A model generated the notes under the pieces. The model searched no databases. It was not told where the DNA came from and saw only the letters and a list, made by a program, of their open reading frames with translations. The position numbers were made by a program, and so were the translations under genes. Below are positions 26,401-38,400 of a stretch of DNA of 64,000 nucleotides, in pieces. This stretch comes from Klebsormidium nitens (lineage: Eukaryota; Plantae; Klebsormidiophyceae), in assembly GCA_000708835.1 (NCBI GenBank), contig DF236960.1:338982-402981 (forward strand), in the 5' to 3' direction. The stretch's first letter is position 1; each line of letters begins with the position of its first letter.

Positions 26401-29400
26401 ACTTGAGCCCGTTGATGGCCGCATACACGGACCGGTAGACGACCAAGTCCCGGACACTGGAAATCAAGGCGGTAAAGTCGCCGAACTGAGTGGGCACCGC
26501 GAAGCCAAAGAACCGTGCGTCGGACCCAAGGTCTTGGTAGATGTCGTAACGCGCCTTGGCGGAGAAGGGCATGGCTTGCGTGGTGATGAAGACGATCCTG
26601 CACCAATTCCAATTAAGGGTTAGGCGTTAAGTGGGTCAAGAGCGATCTTCCAATTGATTGCGCAAACAAAAAGGAGAAACCTCAAGCTGACGTGACGTGG
26701 TGTTACAATTGTGGGTCAAGATATAATTTCTGAAAACTAAGTCTCGGTTGATTGCGCAAGGAAAAAGGAGAACCCTCAAGCTGACGTGACGTAGTGTTAC
26801 GGTTGTGGGAATCGAGGCACTCTAGCATGAATTGCGACGAGACGGAGAAGTGAATGAACGATTTCCGGACAGTAAAAACACTCGAAGTCTGAGCTGCTTT
26901 GCAGAGAGACAAGCCGACCAAGTAACTGGCGCTACGATAGAAAGCGGGTTCGTCGAGGCGATCGTAAATTCTGACGAACGATCTGAGATACGGTCCCTTC
27001 ACGACCAGAAAGAGTACCGCATCTGGCCTTTCGGCAACTAGAAGGGGTGCGTATACCAATTCCGCCATAGCCGCTTTCTTTGCTCAGTTTTTTGATTGAC
27101 CTTTCGTTTTTGCAATTCAGAGTATACCGAAGAAAACAGAAGCCCATACTGCAATTTAACATGTTTTTCAATCCAAGCACCCAGTTCAGATGAAGAGCCC
27201 TTTCTCTAAGCGATGGAGGGTCATTTTGCTTCTGAAAAGCAGTCACTGATGAGGACATTGCCCCCTGCGTCGGTAACATTCTGTCATGCTAGCTCGCTGC
27301 TGGTAACGGCCTCCTAAAGCAGATCATCACCCAAAAATAACACCTGGAAACGAAGGCTAAGAGTCTCACCAGATGATGATGCACACAAACATGAGCGTGA
27401 TGGACAGGATGTCAACGTAATTGTAGAGGCTGCCGAAGTAGCCCTTGATAGACCCCGTCTCCCGGTAGATCTCCATCATCTCAAGGCTCTCACTGCACGT
27501 GGGCAAAGCAGAGACCGTTACACGTGCAAAGCAGAGACCGTTAGATGAGCTACTGGAACCAATTACGTGTTGAGTTACAGCAAGTCGCGGTTAAGTTGGG
27601 CTACGATTGAGTTGAGTTGGGTCAAGCCAAGGGGACGGGTGGGGTTGGGTTGGGGGTTGAGGGTAGGTACGGGAGCATGTCATTTTTGGGTTAAGGATGT
27701 CAATTTGTCTGAGCCGGGGATGCAATTGATGCAGCACAGGGACTGACTCTAAGCAAAATAAAGATCTGGAGATGAGCGGAGCATACTTGCCGAACGGACG
27801 ATCTTGTCGAGAACGCAACTTCACGCTACTTTCGAGGTAGTGAACCTCCTATTGAATCTGAGAAGCTGAGTTTGAAACCAGCACGTAAATTGCTTGTATT
27901 GCAAGAGCTTTCCTGGTGCGGAGAGCTCAAACAGAATTCCCGACGCTACTCAATTGGATTCTTAGAAATGAGACCCAATGTTCTCTCGAGCTTAGAGACT
28001 CAGCAGCTTGCTCGAAAATCGATGTCGAAGGGAAAATGAAACCGGCTCACGTGTAGATATTGTAGAGGACCATAAGCGCGACGATAATCTCAAGGCACGC
28101 TCGGAAGTAGTCCACGTTGCGCGCGTAGAGCTCCACGCTGACGGCGCTGATGTCACGATTGACCGCGATCTTGCCGCCCTTCTGGAACGTGAAGTAGACC
28201 GACATGCTGCTGAACTGGCGCTCGGCACCTGGCAAACGGAGAGAGGCCACACTAGCGAGAAGTTAGTTGCGCTGGGGAACAGTCATACAGTGTGCGAAAA
28301 AGCACGGATGGAGGCGCAAGATTGAAAAGGGGAAGTGGGCTTGTAGCTTCTGACAAGTTTGAGGAACGATGATGAGAAATGACTTGTTGCTGAGCTGGGG
28401 CTCGGCACCTGGCAAACGGAGAGAGGTCCCGACAGGGACTAGAAGAGCAGATTTGTCGAGTTAGGTGTTTGACTTCGGCAGACGGGTGCCAGTTGGCGCG
28501 TAACCCCTGACACATTTGACGGGATGACGTGTTGTGCTAACTATCAACGAGCGGACGTTTGCAGACTCAGCCCAATCACCAAGACCTGCAACACTGAGCA
28601 TTAGAGCAAAACATCTTCCTTCCCGACTTTCGATTGCTGATACAAGGAGTCTAGAAAAGCAGCGGTTGGCTAAAATACCACTTGTATCTTCCACACGAAA
28701 GAATCTTCACTGAGCCCAGTGCGTTATACATTCCAGGCGCTAAATACAAGCGGGTAGCCGACGCACCGTTGTAGGTGATCAGCCGCATCGTGATGACGTC
28801 AGTGGCGTTGTCGATGAAGAGTCCATCCTGCAGATACTGCAACCGCGACTGGGCCTGATCCTGCGCCAAGTTGATGTCGAAAACAATCGGGAACCCCTTG
28901 CCCTCGCCCTGCCAAATACGACGAGGGGGTCAGATTAACCAAACACGATTACTAGTCGCTTCTCAACCCTTATACCTCTTGCTCATGTACCCAGTTATAG
29001 ATGCCGCAGCACTGCTAATTTGTGAGTGCTTGTCGCCAATTTGATTACACTTGGAATCCAATCAAGAAGTGGGTACTCGCCCCGTCAAGATGGACCACGA
29101 AGGTGAAAGATTGACCACGCGCTTAACAGTCCTTCAGCCACTCGCAAACATTGTTGATCAGAGGCTAATGGATCTGGAACAGTCGAGCCGCCAACTCAGC
29201 ATCTCATGGCACGATGGATTGAGCATTTTCGAGGTGTTTGACAAGTCTCACTTCTGGAAACACAAATGTCGACAGGCAGAAATTACTAAACTCACAAAGC
29301 CCTTCAACATCAAACCCAATTACTCTCGATCCACATAGGCAGACCCAGGTCTGAAATGGTTGACTAGACTCTTAGCAAATTGCGCAGCTTACCTCCGTCT

Positions 29401-32400
29401 GTTTGGGGAAAAACCCGTAGGGAACCCCAAGGGGGCTCAGCTCGTTTTCCAGGTAGTAATCCGCCACGCTGATGTCAGGGTTAAAGAGGTCTGACGTTGG
29501 GTTGAAGACCGGGTCAGCACCGTATGGGGTTACGGACTGGCCGTCGTCGATGCAGAACTCGAAGAGCTCCTCAAACCTGTGAAAACAACCGTGGTTATGA
29601 AAGCTCAAGTCGAATAAAAAAGTGACGCGAAATTGGGTTATGAAGCGGGTCTCTGCTACTGAAAGCGAGGGGATGGCCGTTTTCGATGCGAAAGTAGAGC
29701 AGCTCTTCATTTCTGAACCATCAGGGTGGAGCAAGGTGACTAACTCCGACGGTGCTTAGTGAGGGTTAACCTGAAAGTGAATCTACGTAGAGTTTAAACA
29801 GGGTCTGCCTTCTGGGGGGCTCAGAAAATAAAGAAACACCGGGTCTGCGACTTCCTAGAGGCTGCTTTCGGACTGACCCACTTCGAAAGTGCTGACAAAG
29901 TCGAGGCAACAAAATACCCACAGAGCATTCCAGAGGGCAAGCAGGGTTTTAGGACATCCGAAACGGCCAGTGGGCATCTGCCATGACTACTGTGAAGTTT
30001 GCCGCCGCATGCCCATGTCGTTTTCGCTAAGCAACTTGACGAGGTCGCCTACTGAGTTGCCAGACTACGAAACTCTCGGCTCGATCATCTGTCCAGGTTT
30101 CCTGCAGTCCCTATGCGGCCAAAACTTAAGACGAAAGGTCCTGCACTCTCGATCTTTGAATCTGCTTTCCTCACCTGTTGTTACTGCATCGAGAGGCTTC
30201 GAGGCGCGTCTGGTGGAGGAACAACCCGCCGATGATTCTGCATAAGAGAAAGCGTGCCCTTTCTGAGCGTTTTCTTCCAAAGAGGTGACATCACACCGCA
30301 CTTGCACTGAATTCTGGTGCTACGTGGAAGATAGCAAGGGGAGTGGTAGAGCGGCCAGACAGCTTGCATGGAAGGCATCTGTCCCTCGGCGACCTCCACT
30401 GCGCATTCAGTGCTTCTCTGTCGCCCAGAACACAAGAAGGATTTTAGGGTTCAAAATGGTTTTGGGTTTCAGGGTACCTGAAACCCTAAAACGGTGAAGA
30501 ACGAGTAATGACTCTTAGGAATGGCAGTTTGGAGCGACAGAGTAGCTGGGTCACTGCGGACGTGGTCGCCGAGGTGTGACGTGTCACATCATTGATGCAA
30601 ATACGAGGTATGTAAACAAAGCGCTGAGCTTTTTCAAAACCAACCATAGCGGTCGATATAACAACCGGTGCCGGCGAAGACTGCCGTTTGTGCAATTTAG
30701 AGCAGAACACTTTGATGAGGCGCGATGACTTTGCGAGAACGAAGCTTAAAACAGAAAGTTCAAACGGACTTCCGTATCAGCCAAGGTCTTTGCGGACCGA
30801 GTGGTGGAAAAATCCGACGCTAAAACAATTCTTATGTGTAAGGATCAAACTCGCGCATCGCTCGCAATCACTTTCAAGTGGAGAAAGAAAGCGCCCAAGT
30901 GTTCAAAGCGTCTATAAAGCCGGCGTTATAAGGCCACGAACGGGATTTCATATACTGAGCCGGCAGCGCACCTGTTGTGGTTGCTCGCATATCGGGTCCG
31001 CGTGAAGTTGGCCGGGTTGAAGATGGACTCCGTGCTCAGGTCCGTCAGGATGACGTCGAATGACAGCGGCAGCTGTTCACCGACCACCTGGGCCAAGCAG
31101 CAGGCTGCAAAGCAAAAGAACCACTCAATTCAGTATTTGGGCTTAATCACTGAGGACGCGCGTCGCATCTGACTTCTTCTAAACGATAGTCCGTGCTATG
31201 GATGACGTCAAATGCCGCAGCTGCTTACGATCACCTGGGCCAAGCAGCAAGCTGCGGATGAAACGGGTTAAAGTTCACTTTCAGGACTTGAATTCCGAGA
31301 AAGCGCGCCAAGTCTGACATGTTCGGGTTTCGTATTATCGCCGCTGAGGTCGGGTGAGAGTGACGTCCAGTGACAGCTGCAGCTGTTCACCGACCACCTG
31401 GGCCAAGCAGCAAGCTGCGGAAATAAAGGGACTCGGTTCCGTTTTAGGAAGGACGCAGGGTCTTATCACTAAGATAATGGGTCTGTGTTAGAGCGAGTGA
31501 AGATGACGTCAAACGACAATGGCAGCTGTTCACCGACCACCTGAGCCAAGCAGCAGCCTGCTGAGCAAATAGGGAATTTGATTTGGAGAGAGGGTTCCGA
31601 TTTGAAAAACTCAATCTAGGTAGCCCCCGTGACAGGAAGAGTCAGAATGAGGTCAAAGCACTGAGATTGATCACCGACTACCTGGACGAAGTTGCACGTC
31701 GTGGAGCAAACGAGGGCGTTGAAAGGTTTCTCTTGCTACTCTACACCGCGCGACTTGAGTCCCTCAAAAGCCGCAAAAGGCAGGGGTTGAAGGAACACTT
31801 ACAGCCGTCGGATCCCCGGATCTGGTCGCCCGGGCACTGACACGTGGCGGACGAAGAGCTGGACCCGGAGGATGAACTGCTTGGCGTGGCGGCCGCGGAG
31901 CTGGTGTCAGGGCAGGAGCAGTCGCCGCCGTCAAAAGCGCACGCGAAGTTGTTGCACTCAGTATCGCACAGGCCGTTGTTGAGCGACCCGATTTTGCACG
32001 AGGGTGCGCACTCGAATGCAATCGGCGCCGTCGAGGCGTTGTCTGCAAGGCAAGTAGGACATCAGAGATAAAGTCAGCTGACTGGACGGGATCGAATTAG
32101 CGGATAAAAAGCGCACGCAAACTGTTGTACTCGATTTCGAAGAGACTGTTGAAGGACTATGCGAGGGCACTCGGACGCGATAGGCAACGTCGAAATTATC
32201 TGCGGAGGCGACCAGCGATCAGAAACGAGAGTCAGCAGAAGGACCGGGATCGAGCTTAGGGGGGAACAGGTCGAAGAGAACGCGAACGGCGATGTCGAAG
32301 GGTTGTCTACATAAAAGTAAACGGAGAGACGGTCAAAAGACGAAGCTAGGGGAAGTCAGGGGGAGTTCATTTTTGCACTCAAAAGACCGACAGGACAAGA

Positions 32401-35400
32401 ATCATGCATGCCACACCCAACGCGGGACGCGAAAAGCGACAACGGAAAGAAGACAAACGGGCGGAACGGAATCGGAGACGGCTCACTCCCGACGGAGACG
32501 ACGAAATCGCCCACATTGACGACGCCGGTCATGGCTGTCGAGTACCGGGTGTCGCTGTAGGTGAAGGAGCCCGTATCATTGAAGAAGCGCGTGTAGGAGA
32601 AGCTCCCGGGGACGTTCCCCGCCCGGGCTGTAAGGGAAAGCCGAGAGAACATTTAGTCAATAATTTGAATCTAAATGCAGTCAAACATAGGAAAGCATTG
32701 ACGTGATCTCCTTTTCAACATGTGAATCATTTGCGGTCTGGCGTTGCACATGTCGGAAGAGACCTGAAACAAATGCAGCAGAAGCTCGTGGGAGTGTTCC
32801 CCACCAGTGGTTGAACAGATCAAAAATCCGTCGGATTTTGTCCAATCTAGACGACGTGAGTTGTCAGCCGTCCCAAAAGGAATCGGGTCCTTAACGGACC
32901 ACCCGGTCTCGGAGAGAAGTTTTCTTTGACCCCGAAAGCGTTGGTGATCTAACAGCAAACCGTAGCCGGATTGCGATGTCAGTGTGCTAACGACTGAGCG
33001 TAACCAGTTTGCGGAGATTCCACCATTCGTTCTGCGAGCACCGACCAAGCTTTCAATGGGGACCTCACTGGTGCCCGGGATGCAGAAAACCGGGCCTTAG
33101 GTCATCCGCCCAGTCTCGAAGGGTTGTTTTTTAAAAAGCGGAACGCGTCAGTCTTCTTAGAGCAGATCATACCGATATTTCTGCAGCCACGGGTTTCACG
33201 TTATGGTTAACGGACAACTCACTGGTGCCCAGGATGCAGGGAACCGGGTCCTTGGTAAACTGCCCGGTCTCGAAGGAGAGGATATTCTCGGGCGTGCAGA
33301 CCGTCTGGCGGGAGACAATCTGGCGGCCAGACCCCACGCTCGAGAAGATGCTGTTGTTCTCAGGTAACCCCAGGCCTGAAAAAACGAAGGATACGAGTTT
33401 GTGGGACAGGGGAGCGTCATTAGAAACTTAGTTTGAGAAAAAAATGACTGTGCTTTACGAAAGCGAGGCCAATGCAGAGCTCGTCAAAGTGCTTCAGTGC
33501 TCTTCAGACGTGGAAGCCTCTGCCTTTAAACGAGAGCGCAATCTTGCTTCGTACTTTCTGTAGGCCCAAACGACGGGCCCAAAGAAGCAACTTTGGTCCA
33601 TTGTTAACTGCTTTGAAAACCCAACGCTGGGGAGGTAGGTGGTACGGCTAGGAATTTCCCAAGCTGACTTTAGCTTCGGAAAGCGAATTAAGCTGGTATT
33701 AAGGTGACAGCTTCATTGAGGCGATGTGTTGAGTGTTGAGGCATATCAACTGGTGTAAAAACGCAGGACAGGGAGTAAGCAGAGAACGAGGCGCACTGAT
33801 CATTCACTATTGAGAAGCTCAGCCTACGACCGTAAGATCGTTCGGACGCTTACTTATAAGCGCATGGGGCAAGTCGTCCTTCCAGACCCATTGGATGGAG
33901 TCCCTGGCGCTGATGTTGGTTGCCTGATGCACGTTGAGCTTCCACGGCAAGATCACGTTGGCTGCAGTCACGAATACGAAAGTAGATTAGGGGCCGGAAT
34001 GTGCAGGATTCGCTGCGGATCCGATTCAAAGACGAGAAGCTGAGAAAAAAAAGTGACAGGATCTGCTGTTAACCTGTCCAAGCACGAGGGCTTAGAAGCC
34101 GTCAATCTGAGGATTAGCTGCGGTAAAGGCTAGTAATAAAGCCGACAAAAGCTCAGCTCAACCAAGAGAACCTTCCTGCCGATCACAGAGTACAAGCTTC
34201 AAGTCGTTTCCGGTTTCTCGAACTTGTCAGAAGGTCACCATCAGAGTAACAATTGTTCCAGTCACGATTCCAGTCACGATTCCAAAGTAAAAGCCAGTGA
34301 CGGTAAGACCAGTAAAAACTGCTTCGTGGTCACTTTGGGAAAGGGGGGGCAACTTACGTGTGTTACAATTGTCCCCCGGGAGCGCAACCACCGCGGTGTC
34401 GGTGTAGTGCAGTCGTTGGTCCAGGTTCAAGGCATCGCCGGCCGCATATCCAAAGGAAACGGTGGAAGCTACGGCGTTCAGAAGAATCGTAACGAACTTG
34501 TCTTGTTCGGCTTGGGAGATGTTGTACTTGCTGGTAGGGCCGTACCGGTCGGAAAGCACATTCTGTGGAAAGAAATGGTTGAATATTTGCAAATGGGTCG
34601 GACTTTTGGTCAGTCGGAAGCTGTCGAGCTGAGTTCGTTTCGGAGAAGGATCACGATAATTTTGTATTTGTGTCTGCCTGGGAGATGTTATTTGCTGGTG
34701 GGACTGTAGCGGCTGTGAAAAATGTTCCAGAGATTCAGAAGGGCTAGAGTATCTTAGGTCTCAGGCTGCTGAGGAAAGTCACTTCCAGTGCTGACAAAGA
34801 TTGTGATGAGCTGTGCCTGGAAAGTACGAAGCTGCTGCCGGCGCTGTTCCGGCTGAAACACTACATCTGTGGAGGAAAAGAATGACGGGTTACAACTCCA
34901 ATTCCATGGTTTCGCCTACACCACCTTCTTGATGGCCACGTCAGGTTGGTTCACGCTGCACGAATTAAGCGCAGACGCTATTGTGCATGCATTCAGACCC
35001 CCTCACGGTCCACGAAACCAAGATTCTGACGTCCTTTCCGTGGTCTAATGCTTTCACAACCGCAACCCCTCTGCGTCTTTTTCAAAAGGTCCAAAAAAGT
35101 TCCCGCCGCGGCCTCACCAGCAGTTCTGGGAAGTTGGCTGACGTCAGGTTCGTGTCGGTGCCCGGTGGCCGGTACGAACAGCCCTCCAGCGTCGGGGGCC
35201 CGCCGAAGTACGCGCAGAAGAAGCCCAGCATGGGAGGGCCTAATCTCTGGCGATTGAACGCGTACGGGCAGAGGCAGGAGTCAATCTGCCAGGACTCCAA
35301 AGCCCGCGCGAGCGCAGTCGCCAGGTTCCGGTAGCGCTGCCCGTCGGTACTGCCAAACTTGTTCCAGTAGATGAGGGTCGCGTTGCCGCTGGTTGGATCG

Positions 35401-38400
35401 GCGCCGGTCTGGGGGGAAGAAATCACGGTTAGCTTTCAGGGTTAGCTGTCACGGTTAGCTTTCACGGGTTGCGGTTACCGGATCAATACTTCACAGGCTG
35501 TAGTAGACGAACTACTACTGAGGACTTGTCGCAGAAGACGGGGCTGAATTGCCGCTGGTGGGGTTGGCACCAGTCTGGGGAGAGGAAGTCAGGGTTACCT
35601 TCCAGGGTTAGCATGTTGAAAAAGCGGCTCATTAGACCGAGCGCTGCCGAGTTGATTGGTCGCACTGGTGAAACAAAATTCTTGGTCCCCCAGAGCTAGC
35701 CGAATTCAGCACCTAACTTTATCTTCGCATCTCGTTAGAATTCGCTCAAGCCCTTGTTGCCGAGATCGTCGCACCTGGACATAACGGATCTGCTTGGTCA
35801 AAGGCTTATCGACTCCTAGCACACTTGACGTTTACACCCTTTCAGCACCGTGAAAAGCTGCCGTGAACGGGTGCCTGTGACGCTGCCATTCACTAAAAAG
35901 CTGGGAAGCCCAGAAGTTGAACGATTGATTTCAATCAAGCCTTATACACGAATAGTGGAAGAAAACTTCGATCGGAGCGTTCCTTACGATGTAACAGCAG
36001 CAGGTGCTCGTGAAGAGGAGTGAACGAGCTTTTAAAAGCCCAAAAAAGTGGACGGCACTTGCCTGGAACAGGCGCCGCGCGCTCCCGCCAATGAGACCGG
36101 TGGTATTTGCGCTAGTAGCAACGGGAGCGGGCGCGCTGGTCGTGTTTCCGATGGCCACCTGAATCGGGTTCTCTGCCAGGTACACCTCGTCGACTGCAAA
36201 ACCAAGTTACATGTATCAAGCTCAAATTCTGAAGTTGCAGGCTGGATAAAGCAATTGATGGACCGAGTCCATTGATCGTTCCCTATCTGCTTTGATGAAT
36301 TCTCGACATTGGCGAGTGGCTAACTCGGTTGCTGCCCAGAAATAGGTTTGAAAAGAGATCAAGCTGATCTAACAATGGCTTTGCGCTTTGACTAAGAACT
36401 ACAACCCATCACTAACCGGTGTCGGCAAACACCCCAACGCAGCTTATTGGTAGTCGAAGACGACTCCGCATACTCTACCGTTCAACCAACCTCCGAACGA
36501 AGAACTCCCGCAGAAAGAACGAAGGGAAGTCATACGAGGTCGTCCCAAGAGCAGATTCCTAAGAAAGAACGACGGACAGTCAAAGAGGGCGTCAAAAGTG
36601 CGCACGTGTGCAGTTGAGGAGCGAGGCCCCCAGGAACGACGAGCTCGAGTTGGACGCCAGCGAGATTGCCTGCACACATATCGGCGCACGGTCAGACGGA
36701 CACCACGTGTCGCTGCAAGTGAACGGCACGTGGCAAGCATGTTCCAAGAATGGACGTCTCGCAGGTGCACGCCAGCCTTGACCGGGGCGATACTGGCTGC
36801 GAAGATACGGACTTCTGGACGGATACAGAACAGACGGAACGAAGCGGAACGGAACGGAAGGGATCTTCCTCAGAGCGCTCAGACAGAGCACGAGCCGGTC
36901 TGACTGCAATTGAGCAGCGGCTAATGTTCGAGGCTTATCCACCACGGAAGAAGCCCGTTCCAATGAACGGAGGCAGCAATCATACGGCACAGAATCAGAG
37001 TTTACCCAACATCACCCCCTCATATCAGACGGCCAGCTTTGACAGAATTGCAGTTTACTAGCAGGGGGTCTACGAGACGAGCGCTGGAATGATCTTGCGC
37101 AGGGCTTCGAGAACCACAAGCGGTCCGTCCAGCAAACAGTCAAGGCTGGAGCTTGGAGCTTTCCAGTCCTCAAATGCACCTCTCGCGCTCACACTTACTG
37201 CAACAATCGACGGCCGAGAAAGAACACACCGCATAACTTTCACGACTCAAGGTGTAGTACTTGAGTCAACAGCTTGGACCCGGCGTCTTACGTAGTTGCC
37301 GCGTGCCGCAGCGTGGCTCGCTTACCTGGAGACACGTGGCGTTCTGATACGGGTCCTGGAGCGTTGCATTCGTATTGCAGATGTTGGTGCAGTCGATGAA
37401 GATCTGGGGGATGTCCGTCAGCTCCAGGTTCGAGCACGCGTTGGCGGCGCACACCGCATTCTGGGCGCAAATCTGCAATCATGACCTTTGAAAGTCAGAC
37501 CCTCACTTCCATTAAAGTTGGCCGTAAAAACCCATTCTTGTTTTTCTTCCTCGTAACTTCTGTGCGAGTCACAAGCGTCCAGGATTTAGATTGTACACTG
37601 AGTCTTCCAGGCAGGACGCTGCGCTGTGACAGAAGACTCGAGCATGTCACGATGCCGCACACCGCATTCTGGGTGCAGATCTGCACGTGCAAATCCTCAA
37701 CGCATCAGACCCTGCTTTGCAAAGCGCCAAAAATCAGAACCGTTGGGCGAGGCACATGTGTCAGCTTTCAGAAGTGGAGGTAGCTGCGATTTTTAATCAA
37801 GCAAGTTGCTTTCAGCACACAGCTGACTCGCGGTCAATACCGCGCTTGGGGCGCAGCTCGAAGGTCAACTTCTTCACGTTTTCCGATTCTCAGGTGCCGG
37901 CACTTTTTGAGCATAGTTATTCTCGGCTTAGGATCAGAAGCCTTTCACATTACTTGCAAGCACCGACCGTGTGAGCACAAATACGGAATCTTGTTACGCT
38001 TCCAACCAGATTCATCTCATACACCGGGCTTTTGGGCTGTTTGTCACTGCCGCATCAAGCGAGTCTCATAGTAAACCGCCGGAGGAGTTGGCAGTTGTGG
38101 ATCTGAGTGAACTGTCGTGGATCTAAAGGCAGGACGTAAACGAACCGGAAACGAGACGGTGACGAGCAAAATAGTGAAGTGGCCGGTGGGTCCTACCGTG
38201 CGGCAGCGGACCAGCTCCGACTCGTCGTCCGACACGCAGTTGCCCCACGACGCCAGCACTTGGAATCCGTCACTGCCCGGGGATCCTGCCCCGGTTGCCA
38301 GCTGGGTCTTGACGTTACCCTGCAGATTCCGGGGGGAAAAGGTCAGGACACAGTTTTCCAAATTAGCAGAAGTAGACTTTAGCAAAAGTAAGCTAATCGG

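Noticed and set aside
31050-31562. Regularly spaced repeats resembling a CRISPR array
   Set aside because: The repeats are copies of a eukaryotic splice acceptor plus exon start, the spacers are themselves homologous, and there are no cas genes.
36830-36865. (GGAAC)n-like microsatellite, plus 11-12 bp duplications at ~23074-23098 and ~34240-34285
   Set aside because: Ordinary intronic slippage repeats.
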